Below are positions 15,441 through 25,597 of a DNA stretch of 25,737 bases, one piece after another. Within the stretch, counting starts at the first letter, position 1; every line of letters starts with the position of its first letter. Source of the DNA: a virus (Duplodnaviria; Caudoviricetes); the IMG/VR virus record IMGVR_UViG_3300038520_001928, positions 1 to 25,737 of that record; one strand, given 5' to 3'. The notes beneath the pieces are model-generated. The model saw only the letters and a list, made by a program, of their open reading frames with translations. It was not told where the DNA came from and made no database searches. Position numbers and translations under genes: made by a program.

Positions 15441-16505
15441 ATGGCTAGTACATATCTGCAACTTACAAATGAAGTCCTTCGTGATATGAACGAAGTTGAA
15501 TTAACTTCTGCTACGTTTGCCTCCTCTCGTGGTGTTCAAACAACTGTAAAAGATTACATCAATCGTGCAATATCTGACATTATAAATTCTGATTTGAATT
15601 GGCCTTTTACTCATGCAAAGGGTTCTATAGATGTGATTGCAGGAAAGTCTCTCTACAGCCATGCTTCAATAGCATCTACACTCAAGTATGTAGACTATGA
15701 TAATATGTTCTTGCAACCAAAAAATTATATTACTAACGGAACATATGAGGTGGACGGATCTTCAAGTATAGCAGGATGGACAACAGTTAGCGGTACACCT
15801 GCTGCAAGCACAAAGTTTGGTAACACTTTGTTGCTTACAAATGCAGAAGCAACACAAGAGGTATCAGATCTCATAGTGGGTAGATCATACATAATTCTCA
15901 CTCAAACAAGTGGCGCAACGCTTACCTTAGAAGTTGGCACAAGTTCTGGTGCAGCGCAAACAACATCTAAGACACTTACGATAGCAAGTGGTAATGAGGT
16001 GCTGTTAGCAGAAACATCTTTCACAGCTACAGCCACAACACACTTCGTTAGTTTTACAGAGTCATCCGGTAATGCTGCTTTTGTTAAGTTGGTTGAGCTT
16101 AGTGAAAACCTTGTTCCCATACCACTAAAGTATTTATCATATGAAGAGTATACGGAGAGATTTAGAGAACGGGATTCAAAGGCTGATATAGATAAGTTCA
16201 ATGATCCAGAATATGTATATACATCATACAATGATGAGATTGGCCTCACACCCATACCGGATACAAGTAACAGAACTCTTGAGTTTGATTACTACGTAAC
16301 AAATACTGCCTTGTCTGCAGCAACAGACACAAGCATCATACCCACACGCTTTGAACCTGTGATAGTATCACGAGCGAAGTACTACACCTACATGTTTCGT
16401 TCCGATACACAGACAGCACAGTTTGCTTTGAAAGAATACGAAGATAGCTTGAAACGTATGCGTGTCGAGTTGCTTAACAGAAAAGATTACATGAGAGCAG
16501 TCTGA
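15441..16505 (+). CDS. Head-tail adaptor (tail tubular protein A-like) with an inserted beta-sandwich domain
   Basis: TYLQLTNEVL, INRAISDI...WPF, PIPD and IPTRFEPVIV are typical adaptor motifs. First tail gene. Confidence 0.75.
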   Translation: MASTYLQLTNEVLRDMNEVELTSATFASSRGVQTTVKDYINRAISDIINSDLNWPFTHAKGSIDVIAGKSLYSHASIASTLKYVDYDNMFLQPKNYITNGTYEVDGSSSIAGWTTVSGTPAASTKFGNTLLLTNAEATQEVSDLIVGRSYIILTQTSGATLTLEVGTSSGAAQTTSKTLTIASGNEVLLAETSFTATATTHFVSFTESSGNAAFVKLVELSENLVPIPLKYLSYEEYTERFRERDSKADIDKFNDPEYVYTSYNDEIGLTPIPDTSNRTLEFDYYVTNTALSAATDTSIIPTRFEPVIVSRAKYYTYMFRSDTQTAQFALKEYEDSLKRMRVELLNRKDYMRAV

Positions 16506-16506
16506 T

Positions 16507-18237
16507 ATGCCTGATTTAGAACTTCAGGGTGTTTCCCCTCTATCATTTAACTGCGAGGGTGGACTTGTGTTAAACAGATCCACCTTTATTATGCAGCCCG
16601 GACAAGCCCTTGAGTTGGAAAACTTTGAACCGGATGTTGGTGGCGGGTACAAGCGTTTGCTTGGTTTTAGACCTCTTGTAAATCAAATTGTACCTGAAAC
16701 AAACGTTTCATCAGAGGCTGTGCTTTTATCAACCAAGTTTAGTAACTTTGTACTAGCGGCTAGAGGCGAAAAGATATTTAGCTCTGGTTCGACAGAACTA
16801 TCAATAAAAATAGTTTCTACCACAGCCATGACAGGGGCAGGAACCATTACGGTAAACAGTACAGCAGGTTTTAGTAACAGTGGCACAATTCAAATAAATT
16901 CAGAAATATTCACATACACTGGTAAATCTGCAGGTGCATTCACAGGCGTAACAAGGGCGACGGGCGGCACAACAGCAGCTAATCATGCAGTTACAGATGT
17001 AGTTTCTGAAACATGGACAGTTAGAGACACAGGAAGAACCAACGCCGCACGATACAATTTTGAAAAGTATAACTTTGATGGCAATGATAAGATAATCGTA
17101 GTTGATCAAACAAATGCCCCTACGATATTCAACGCATCATTAACGGCAAGCGATGTAAGCGACAGTTCTGTATCTGGGGCAAAGCACGTGGTTGCCTTTA
17201 AAAATCACATGTTCTATTCAGGCATGTCATCCACGCCACAAGAAGTAGTATTTAGTGAGCCATTTAACGAGGATGGCTTCAACTCTGGCAGTGGTGCAGG
17301 AAGCATTAAGGTTGACGACACAGTCGTTGGACTAAAAGTTTTCCGTGATAATTTGTTTATCTTTTGTGAAAACAGAATATTTAAGATGGGTGGTAGTTCA
17401 TCATCTGACTTTGCTATCGTGCCTGTCACAAGAAACATCGGTTGCATAAACGGGTTTAGTATTCTTGAATTTGCAGGTGACTTGGTTTTCTTGGGTCCAG
17501 ACGGTCTGCGCACAGTTGCTGGTACTGCTCGTATTGGTGACGTTGAGTTGGGCACCATAAGCACTAACGTACAGCAGTTGTTTAGAGAGAATCTTGACGA
17601 CGCGGATGCGTTTGTTTCTTTAGTCATACCTGATAAAACACAATACAGAATATTCTTTTCAAAAACTACGGGCACAGCTAGTGCAACTATAGGTGTGATT
17701 GCAGTGATGAAGGGACAGGCGTTTGAGTTTTCTACGATGAAAGGCATACGCCCTGCCTGTGCTGACACCGTTATTGAAGATGGTGATGTTGTTGTTTTGC
17801 ACGGCGGTTTTGACGGGTTTGTTTACAGGCAGGAGAAAGGCAACACGTTTGACGGCACACTCATAAATGCAAAGTATAGAAGCCCAGATTTAAGCATGGG
17901 TGATCCGGGTGTTCGCAAACACATGCAGCGTGTTAATGTAAACTATGCACCAGAATCTACCATCGATGCTGACTTATTTGTTCGATACGATTATGAATCA
18001 AACACATCGACAAGACCTGCTGCATACCCTTTAGATAGTACGAATGTTGCAGGTATCTATGGCACATCAATATACGGTAGTGCTGTGTACGGTGGACCTT
18101 CACAGCCTATCGTTAGAAAAGCAGTGGAGGGTTCAGGGTTTGCAGTTGCTTTACGAGTAGAAGACGGGGCAACCGCCACAGCCCCTTATACTCTAAAAGG
18201 GTTTCAATTAGAATTTCAAGTGGGAGCGAGAAGGTAA
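16507..18237 (+). CDS. Tail nozzle / tubular protein B-like beta-propeller protein
   Basis: 576 aa, GGL...LENF at the N-terminus, FKNHMF, FRDNLFIF, NIGC and DLVFLGPDGLR propeller motifs. Follows the adaptor. Confidence 0.8.
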   Translation: MPDLELQGVSPLSFNCEGGLVLNRSTFIMQPGQALELENFEPDVGGGYKRLLGFRPLVNQIVPETNVSSEAVLLSTKFSNFVLAARGEKIFSSGSTELSIKIVSTTAMTGAGTITVNSTAGFSNSGTIQINSEIFTYTGKSAGAFTGVTRATGGTTAANHAVTDVVSETWTVRDTGRTNAARYNFEKYNFDGNDKIIVVDQTNAPTIFNASLTASDVSDSSVSGAKHVVAFKNHMFYSGMSSTPQEVVFSEPFNEDGFNSGSGAGSIKVDDTVVGLKVFRDNLFIFCENRIFKMGGSSSSDFAIVPVTRNIGCINGFSILEFAGDLVFLGPDGLRTVAGTARIGDVELGTISTNVQQLFRENLDDADAFVSLVIPDKTQYRIFFSKTTGTASATIGVIAVMKGQAFEFSTMKGIRPACADTVIEDGDVVVLHGGFDGFVYRQEKGNTFDGTLINAKYRSPDLSMGDPGVRKHMQRVNVNYAPESTIDADLFVRYDYESNTSTRPAAYPLDSTNVAGIYGTSIYGSAVYGGPSQPIVRKAVEGSGFAVALRVEDGATATAPYTLKGFQLEFQVGARR

Positions 18238-20226
18238 ATGGGCGCAAATTATACACGGCAGTCCACATATACTGACGGTGATACGATCAGTGCTGCCGAT
18301 ACCAACGATGAATTTGACCAACTGCTTGCGGCGTTTGCAGCAAACACAGGACATACCCACGATGGTACGACAGGTGAAGGTGGACCAATTACATCTCTGT
18401 TTACAAATGCAGTAACGTTTGGAACCGGAGCAGACACTGATATATCTGTAACGTTCGATGCAAATAGCAACGACGGTGTTATCACATGGATGGAAGATGA
18501 AGATTACTTCCAGTTCTCAGATGAAATATTGATGACCACGACAGAAAAGATTCTGTTTCGTGACACGGCACTATCCATAAATTCATCTACTGACGGGCAG
18601 CTTGATATTGATGCCGATACAGAAGTTGAGATTACTGCGCCTCTTGTTGAGATGTCTGCAGATGCAACAGTGGGGGATGACTTTACATTGAAGTCTGATG
18701 CCGCTGTTCTTGGTTTTGGGGCAGATACAGACGTAACTTTGACGCACGTTGCTGACACAGCCCTGTTATTGAATAGTTCCCGGCAACTACAGTTTGGTGA
18801 CAGTGGTACGTATATCCATCAATCAGCCGATGGTGTGCTTGATCTTGTGTCCGATACAGAGATAGAGATCAACGCTACGACAATCGACATGAATGGTGCA
18901 GCAGAACTATCAGGCAACCTGACTCTTGGTGCCCAACTACGTATGCCGGACAATACAGCCAGCAAATTGCTTATTGCGGATGGTACCAGCTATGAAGAAA
19001 AAGCAGTAGGAGACTTATCTGAAATATCCACTGTAGCAAATGATGATGTATTTCTTGCTGTAGATACATCTGGTGGTGGTCTTAAAAAGATTCAACGAAG
19101 CACCATAGTTGCAGGGCTTGCAACATCAGGAGCGATAGGCAACGTGGTTGAGGATACATCTCCTCAACTTGGCGGTGACTTGGACATGAATGGTCAAGAT
19201 ATCGTGACTACATCAAATGCTGATATTGAACTTGCCCCCAATGGCACGGGTAAAGTTGTAGTCAAGGGTAATACTAATCCGGGCACTGTAGTTTTCAACT
19301 GTGAAGCAAACACTCATGGTCAGACTGTCAAGGCCCAGCCACACTCCGCATCAGTTACGAACGTGCTAACTCTTCCACCGGGCGGAGATCAAGAAATTGT
19401 TGGTACAACAGCCACTCAAACTTTAACCAATAAAACTATTAATGCCAGTCAACTTTCTGGCACAGTCGCCAATGCACGGCTTGATGCACAACTGCAGGAT
19501 GTAGCTGGTCTTGCTGTTACGGATGGTGGTTTTATTGTTGGTGATGGTTCAAACTTTGTGCTTGAGACAGGTTCCACCGCACGTGCATCTATCGGAGCAG
19601 ACAACGCAAGCAATATTAGTTCAGGAACATTAGCCGCTGCTAGAATGGCCGCTGCACAAACAGCTATCACATCTCTGCTTGCAACAGATATTAAGATTGG
19701 TGAAGATGACGAAACCAAGATTGATTTTGAAACTGCAGATGAAATACATTTCTATGCTGCAAATGCTGAACAAGTATTTGTATCGGATGGCGTGTTTGGT
19801 CCACAGACAGATAGTGATGTTGACTTAGGCACAACAGGTGCAAGGTTTAAAGACGCTTTTGTTGACAGTGTGACTGTTACGGGAGATGTGGCTGTAGGTG
19901 ATGATGTCACAGTGGCAGGTAGGGCATCTGGGCACGTGACTACAGATAACGATGGCAGCTTTGATTTATCAGTCGGCAACGATTTCAAATGCACACCTAG
20001 TGGTAACTTTACCCTTACATTTACAAATGCGACCGCTGGACAATCTGGAAATATATTATTAATTAACAGTGGGGGTCATACTGTATCAGCACATGCTGAC
20101 GTAGCAATCAACGCTACTGCTTTAACAGCACTCACAACGGCTGGCACATATCATCTTGGTTATTACTGTAGCGCATCATCAGGCAATAATACTATAGCCG
20201 TGTCCGCATCAGGAGCTTTGACTTAA
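18238..20226 (+). CDS. Tail fibre protein
   Basis: N-terminal virion anchor (YTRQS...NDEFDQL...GHTHDG), Thr/Asp/Gly-rich beta repeats, DTSPQLGGDLDMNG and TQTLTNKTI fibre motifs. Confidence 0.8.
   Translation: MGANYTRQSTYTDGDTISAADTNDEFDQLLAAFAANTGHTHDGTTGEGGPITSLFTNAVTFGTGADTDISVTFDANSNDGVITWMEDEDYFQFSDEILMTTTEKILFRDTALSINSSTDGQLDIDADTEVEITAPLVEMSADATVGDDFTLKSDAAVLGFGADTDVTLTHVADTALLLNSSRQLQFGDSGTYIHQSADGVLDLVSDTEIEINATTIDMNGAAELSGNLTLGAQLRMPDNTASKLLIADGTSYEEKAVGDLSEISTVANDDVFLAVDTSGGGLKKIQRSTIVAGLATSGAIGNVVEDTSPQLGGDLDMNGQDIVTTSNADIELAPNGTGKVVVKGNTNPGTVVFNCEANTHGQTVKAQPHSASVTNVLTLPPGGDQEIVGTTATQTLTNKTINASQLSGTVANARLDAQLQDVAGLAVTDGGFIVGDGSNFVLETGSTARASIGADNASNISSGTLAAARMAAAQTAITSLLATDIKIGEDDETKIDFETADEIHFYAANAEQVFVSDGVFGPQTDSDVDLGTTGARFKDAFVDSVTVTGDVAVGDDVTVAGRASGHVTTDNDGSFDLSVGNDFKCTPSGNFTLTFTNATAGQSGNILLINSGGHTVSAHADVAINATALTALTTAGTYHLGYYCSASSGNNTIAVSASGALT
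18544..18876 (+). repeat. Protein-level repeat in tail fibre (18544-18639 and 18781-18876)
   Basis: EKILFRDTALSINSSTDGQLDIDADTEVEITA versus RQLQFGDSGTYIHQSADGVLDLVSDTEIEINA. Confidence 0.7.
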
Positions 20227-23200
20227 TGAGTTTAATTAAATCCAATCTTGGTGGATTAGGTGGTTCTGGTGCACCGGGTGGTGCATTGGGAGCGTTTTTT
20301 GATCATACCTTAGACAGTTCCTTGCGCTTTGATACTGATGATAGCCCAAAATTGTTTCTAGATCCCACTGGCTCACCGACCACAGGAACTAAATGCACTA
20401 TTTCATTATGGTTTAAGCGTAGTAGTTTGGGTTCATCCCAAGCTCTTTTCACTGGTGAAGCAGGTTCTGTTGCTTACGACATTCTAAATATCGGTAGCAA
20501 TGACAAAATTCAATTAACAATGCAAAACCCAAGCTCTTATGGACTTGGTACAGTTGGGGTTTTTAGGGATGTTAGTGCTTGGTATCACTTGGTTGTAGAA
20601 TGTGATACCACATTAGGCACAGCGGCAGATAGATTTAAGATGTACGTCAACGGTGAGCAGCAAACTTTATCAAGCATCTATGGTAATTATCCACAGGATC
20701 ATAGTTGGTATTGGAGCAGGTCCGGTTCTAGTCAAAATATTGGCAGGTCAGAATATAACACGCAACAATTTAATGGACTCATTAGTGAGTTTTATTTTAT
20801 TGACGGTATAGCCCATAATGCTGACACGTTCGGCGAAACGAAGGACGGGGTGTGGGTTCCAAAAGATCCCGGAAGTTTGACTTTTGGGAATAATGGCTTT
20901 TACTTGCCCATGTCGCAAACTAAAGACGCAGGGTTTTCTACACATTTTCCTGACGATAATTCTGATTATATAACTCATTCTGACTCTACGGCCTATGACA
21001 TTGGTAGCAGTGATGATTTTACCGTAGAGTTTTTCTTTAACACTGATGATGTTGGTGGGTCTGGCACTGGTGGTTATGGTAACTTTATGGGTCACTACGC
21101 AACGTCTGGTCCACATTTTTTAATTGGTTATGATTTTAGAAGCACGACTAGACTAATATATTGGTACACAGGAAATGGTGCTGCTTTTCAATGGGATGTT
21201 AGTGGTGACGTTACACTCGTTAAAAATAAATGGCACCATATGGTCTTTCAAAGAGACGGTACAACGCTGAGAGCGTATATAGATGGAACTCGTTTAACTA
21301 GCATATCAGATGCCGCTGGAAATACTGGATATTCTGTTTCAAGTGGTAAATCCACTAATTTCAATAAAGCATATGATCTAAGTCAAATTCAACTTGCTGA
21401 TGTTACAACCGTTGGTGGTGATGGTTTTGATGGTTTTCTCAGTAATGTAAGATTTGTTATAGGCAATACTGTATATGCTGATGATGACAATGATATAACA
21501 GTACCCACTACTACGTTGACAGCAATAACAGGCACTAAATTATTGACCTGTCACAATGCTACTGTTGGTGACGATGCTAGTAGCGAAAACAACGATGGCA
21601 CTGTGACTGGTGCAGCAGTCGCATCCACTGTAAATCCGTTTGGCACTTTTAATTTTTTTCAAGACGCGTCAGGCAACAATAATCATTTTTCAATTTCAAA
21701 TCTAGATGATACAGATGTTGGGCCGGACAGCCCCACTAATAGTTTTGCATATGTCAACCCTCTTGACGTTAATACATCAAGCGCTTGGACACCAAAAAAT
21801 AATAATACAAAAATACAATCAAGCGCTAATAACAAACAAATCAGAGGCAACTTTTTGATGCAATCTGGTAAATGGTATTGGGAAACAAGACGACACAACG
21901 CAAATAATTCTGACGCACAACTCTCTAATGCCGTAGGGATATCTTTGGCAAGTGGCAATATTGAACTTAACCCATATCAAAGCGCAGCTAATTACTCTTA
22001 CTATTCTTACAATGGAAATAAATATAATAACAATACAAGTTCAAGTTACGGAGACTCATGGAACACGGCAGGGGATATAGTCGGTGTTGCATTTGATGCT
22101 GACAACGGCGCGATTTGGTTTAGTAAAAATGGCACTTGGCAAAACTCTGCAACAGCATCAGAGATAGCGGCAGGTACAACAACTAATGCTGCATATACTG
22201 GGTTGACTGATTCAGAAGGGTATGTGTGTGTCTGGTGGCGTACAGGCGGAACTAATGCAGTAGAGATGGATATAAATTTTGGCACGAATCCATCATTCAA
22301 CCAAGAGTTAACTGGTAGTGATATTGGCACTGAATCTGGTAGTGGTAATGCGCTTTTTAAATATGCACCTCCAACTGGGTTCAAAGCGTTAGTAACGTCT
22401 AATATGCCCGACGTAACAATCGGCCCCGGACAAAGTAAACAAGCAGACAATTTCTTTGAAACTATACTTTACACGGGTGATACTGCAGAACAACACATTG
22501 GTGCAGGTGGCATACAGCACCCACAAGATACTATTAATATAACTAATAGTTTACGTTTTGAGGCAGGAAGCAGTGCTTATCTAAGCAGAACGCAGGGATC
22601 ATCACCTACAGACATAGGTAAATGGACTGTAAATTTTTGGTTGAAACGCACCAACGCCCTAGCCGCAACTGATGACTACGATACTGTTTTTGGTGTGGAT
22701 GGACCGGGTAATACTGCCTTTGCTTTTCTTGGGGGTAAAATATATCTTTTTGTAAACTACGATAGTGGTGGTAATCAAGCTAGGTTAATTACTAATAGAG
22801 AATTTATAAACCCTTCAACATTTTATAATTTTCACGTTACCTTTGATCGCACCGCTTCAACCGCCTCAGAAAGACTTAGGTTATACGTAAACGGTGTTGA
22901 AGAAACTAGTTTTTCCACTGATGAAAGAAGCAACATTGCAAGCAATTCAAGCTCTGGATGGAATGTTGGCGGTTTATCTGCTGCTATAAATAGACGTTCT
23001 GGTGGGCAAGATTCAAGATACCATAACGGTTATATAGCACAATTTTACAATATAGATGGTGCCGTTGTTGCTCCAACAGAATTTGCTCAAGTGGGTTCTA
23101 GTGGTCACTGGATACCTAAAACTTACACAGGTTCATATGGTAGTAATGGTTGGTTGCTTGAATTTAAACAAACAGGTACAGGTTCCGGCGCAACTAACAC

Positions 23201-24968
23201 GGTTGGGGCAGATACAAGTGGCAATACCAATCATTGGGATAGTTCGGGTATAGCTGCAGAAGATGTAACTATTGACAGCCCCACACAAAACTTTTCTGTA
23301 ATGAACCCAAATAGATATAGCGGGATAGGAAATTTTTCAGAAGGTAATTTAAAAGTATCCACGACAACAAATAATAGAGGAGTGTATGGCACTATAGCTG
23401 TGCCATCAAGCGGTAAATGGTATTACGAAGTTCGTGTTGATTCTTATTCTAGTGGCGGTGGTGCATATTTAGGGTGGGGTACTGACATTACTTTAGGAGA
23501 TAACGAATATACCACCACTAAAGGAGTTACATTTTCTACGTATAATGAATCAGTTGTATTAGATAATAGTACTCAATCTGGCGGTTATGGCTCAACTGGC
23601 AACAACGCAGCATCAAACGGAGATGTGTATTCAGTCCTATTAGATGTTGATAACGGTTTGTTCTACTACGCTAAAAACGGCACATATTTTAATAGTGCAA
23701 ACCCATCTAATGGCACGGGTGGCCTAGACGTTTCTCGTAGTATTGCGGACGCTAACACTGAAATTCGTCCAGTTCTTTCAAGGGGTGGCTCATACAATGA
23801 ACAGTATTTATTTAATTTTGGACAAGACCCATCTTTTAATGGGGGAGAGACAGCACCCGGTACAGATAAAACAGATGCAAATGGCGTAGGTAAATTTTTA
23901 TATGATGTGCCGACGGGTTTTCTTGCATTGATGGACGACAACATCCCACAAGAAGGCATAGAATCACCTGATTGGGTTTGGATAAAAGCTAGGAGTAGTA
24001 CAACAAGTCATAATGTATTTGATAGTGTAAGAGGTGTGGGCAATGCATTATTTCCCGATGGTTCAGGTGCAGAATCTGCGACTACAAATAGACTTCTGTC
24101 TTTTGATGGTCAAGGTTTTACAATAGGTGATGATACTAATGTTAATAACTCAACAGTTACTTATGCAGCTTTTACTTGGAAAGCTGGTGGCGCACCCACA
24201 GTAGATAATTCTGCTGCTGCTAATGCAGAGCCAACGGCAGGTTCAGCTAAAATAGATGGTTCTAATCAGAGTGGTGCATTCTCTGGCTCTCCGTCAATAG
24301 CTATAAAAAGACTTTCGGCAAGCACTACTGCAGGATTTTCTATAGTGAAATGGACAGGCACAGGGTCGGCAGGAACAATTCCTCATGGTTTAGGAGCAGC
24401 CCCAGAATTTTACACGGTTAAAAATTTAACTGATGCCAGCACAAATTGGCAATCTTATCACCGTGGAATAGCATCTGATGCAGAAACAGATTACATATAC
24501 TTAAATAGCACTGCTGGCGCAGATGACTCTGATGATTGGAATGATACCGCACCCACTGCTAATGTGTTCTCCGTAAAAACTCACAACCAAGTAAATGAAA
24601 CTGGTGACAATTACATAGCGTATTTATTCACTCCGATTGAGGGCTTCAGTAAGTTTGGTTCATATACGGGCAACTCAAATTCAAGTGGCACGTATGTTTA
24701 CACAGGGTTTCGGCCAGCTTGGGTTCTGATAAAGTCCACCAGTTCAGGTACAAGCTGGTGCATTTTTGACAATAAACGATTGGGATTTAATGTTGATAAT
24801 AACCTGCTACGAATTGCCGCCGCCACAGAACAAACAGATGACGATGTAGACTTTGTTAGTAACGGGCTAAAATTTCGTAGATCATCTACTAACTTTAATA
24901 ATAGTTCACATACATACATTTATCTCGCTTTTGCCGAAGCCCCATTTGCATTTGCTAATGCACGATAG
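20226..24968 (+). CDS. Large receptor-binding/adhesin-like virion protein with LamG (ConA-like) and SPRY-like domains
   Basis: Three LamG-like units (TISLWFKR...WYHLV; FTVEFF...WHHMV; TVNFWLKR...YNFHV), two SPRY-like units (SGKWYWE, SGKWYYE), and a C-terminal region with PDWVWIK, HGLG and TGFRPAWVLIK. Confidence 0.8.
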   Translation: MSLIKSNLGGLGGSGAPGGALGAFFDHTLDSSLRFDTDDSPKLFLDPTGSPTTGTKCTISLWFKRSSLGSSQALFTGEAGSVAYDILNIGSNDKIQLTMQNPSSYGLGTVGVFRDVSAWYHLVVECDTTLGTAADRFKMYVNGEQQTLSSIYGNYPQDHSWYWSRSGSSQNIGRSEYNTQQFNGLISEFYFIDGIAHNADTFGETKDGVWVPKDPGSLTFGNNGFYLPMSQTKDAGFSTHFPDDNSDYITHSDSTAYDIGSSDDFTVEFFFNTDDVGGSGTGGYGNFMGHYATSGPHFLIGYDFRSTTRLIYWYTGNGAAFQWDVSGDVTLVKNKWHHMVFQRDGTTLRAYIDGTRLTSISDAAGNTGYSVSSGKSTNFNKAYDLSQIQLADVTTVGGDGFDGFLSNVRFVIGNTVYADDDNDITVPTTTLTAITGTKLLTCHNATVGDDASSENNDGTVTGAAVASTVNPFGTFNFFQDASGNNNHFSISNLDDTDVGPDSPTNSFAYVNPLDVNTSSAWTPKNNNTKIQSSANNKQIRGNFLMQSGKWYWETRRHNANNSDAQLSNAVGISLASGNIELNPYQSAANYSYYSYNGNKYNNNTSSSYGDSWNTAGDIVGVAFDADNGAIWFSKNGTWQNSATASEIAAGTTTNAAYTGLTDSEGYVCVWWRTGGTNAVEMDINFGTNPSFNQELTGSDIGTESGSGNALFKYAPPTGFKALVTSNMPDVTIGPGQSKQADNFFETILYTGDTAEQHIGAGGIQHPQDTINITNSLRFEAGSSAYLSRTQGSSPTDIGKWTVNFWLKRTNALAATDDYDTVFGVDGPGNTAFAFLGGKIYLFVNYDSGGNQARLITNREFINPSTFYNFHVTFDRTASTASERLRLYVNGVEETSFSTDERSNIASNSSSGWNVGGLSAAINRRSGGQDSRYHNGYIAQFYNIDGAVVAPTEFAQVGSSGHWIPKTYTGSYGSNGWLLEFKQTGTGSGATNTVGADTSGNTNHWDSSGIAAEDVTIDSPTQNFSVMNPNRYSGIGNFSEGNLKVSTTTNNRGVYGTIAVPSSGKWYYEVRVDSYSSGGGAYLGWGTDITLGDNEYTTTKGVTFSTYNESVVLDNSTQSGGYGSTGNNAASNGDVYSVLLDVDNGLFYYAKNGTYFNSANPSNGTGGLDVSRSIADANTEIRPVLSRGGSYNEQYLFNFGQDPSFNGGETAPGTDKTDANGVGKFLYDVPTGFLALMDDNIPQEGIESPDWVWIKARSSTTSHNVFDSVRGVGNALFPDGSGAESATTNRLLSFDGQGFTIGDDTNVNNSTVTYAAFTWKAGGAPTVDNSAAANAEPTAGSAKIDGSNQSGAFSGSPSIAIKRLSASTTAGFSIVKWTGTGSAGTIPHGLGAAPEFYTVKNLTDASTNWQSYHRGIASDAETDYIYLNSTAGADDSDDWNDTAPTANVFSVKTHNQVNETGDNYIAYLFTPIEGFSKFGSYTGNSNSSGTYVYTGFRPAWVLIKSTSSGTSWCIFDNKRLGFNVDNNLLRIAAATEQTDDDVDFVSNGLKFRRSSTNFNNSSHTYIYLAFAEAPFAFANAR

Positions 24969-24977
24969 GAGAAACTA

Positions 24978-25547
24978 ATGCCGTGGAAACTTGAACATAA
25001 GATCATTAGAGCAGGACAAGCATGGACTGGTCTTGATGGCACTCAGCATCCTAAAGTATGGATGAGATATACGGATGCTGAAAAGAAAGCATTTGGTTTA
25101 AGATGGGAAGATCCGCCAGCATCAGAAGCTCCATACGACAATAGATTCTATTGGGGCAGAGAAATTGATGGAACTTTGATTCCAAAAAGTCTTACAGATG
25201 TAAATGAAGTGGATTCAAATGGTAACCCAGTAAACGGTCCAGATGGTAATCAAATCGTAACACCCGGTCTAAAAACTACATGGGTTGCACAGACAAAGCG
25301 CACGGCAAACGACAAGCTTTCAGTGCATGACTGGTACATAGTTCGTAACGCAGAAAAGTCCACAGCGATACCCAGTTCTATAACTACGTATAGAGATGCC
25401 GTCCGTGCCAAGTGTGCAGAAATAGAGGCAGCTTTGAACGGTGCAGCAAACTTAACAGAATTTATGGCTCTGTTTGAAGATACAACAGATAGTGATGGTA
25501 ACGTCACGGCTGTAGCAAAAATAAACGACTGGCCTGATGAGATATAA
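24978..25547 (+). CDS. Tail fibre assembly/chaperone-like protein
   Basis: AGGAG RBS, follows the adhesin gene, LSVHDWYIVR...YRDAVR and terminal WP motif as in fibre assembly proteins. Confidence 0.6.
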   Translation: MPWKLEHKIIRAGQAWTGLDGTQHPKVWMRYTDAEKKAFGLRWEDPPASEAPYDNRFYWGREIDGTLIPKSLTDVNEVDSNGNPVNGPDGNQIVTPGLKTTWVAQTKRTANDKLSVHDWYIVRNAEKSTAIPSSITTYRDAVRAKCAEIEAALNGAANLTEFMALFEDTTDSDGNVTAVAKINDWPDEI

Positions 25548-25550
25548 TAC

Positions 25551-25579
25551 TTGCTTTTTTAAGCAAAATACTGTAATAT
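25551..25579 (+). promoter_or_regulatory. Possible sigma70 promoter overlapping an inverted repeat
   Basis: TTGCTT (25551-25556), 17 bp, TAATAT (25574-25579). TTGCTT-N4-AAGCAA palindrome at 25551-25566. Confidence 0.5.
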
Positions 25580-25597
25580 AAATAGGAACTATATGAC

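Noticed and set aside
442-25507. All minus-strand ORFs in the track (e.g. 696..1394, 1950..2735, 17214..17768)
   Set aside because: They are antisense shadows of long + strand genes, with no recognisable motifs, and the + strand is already fully tiled.
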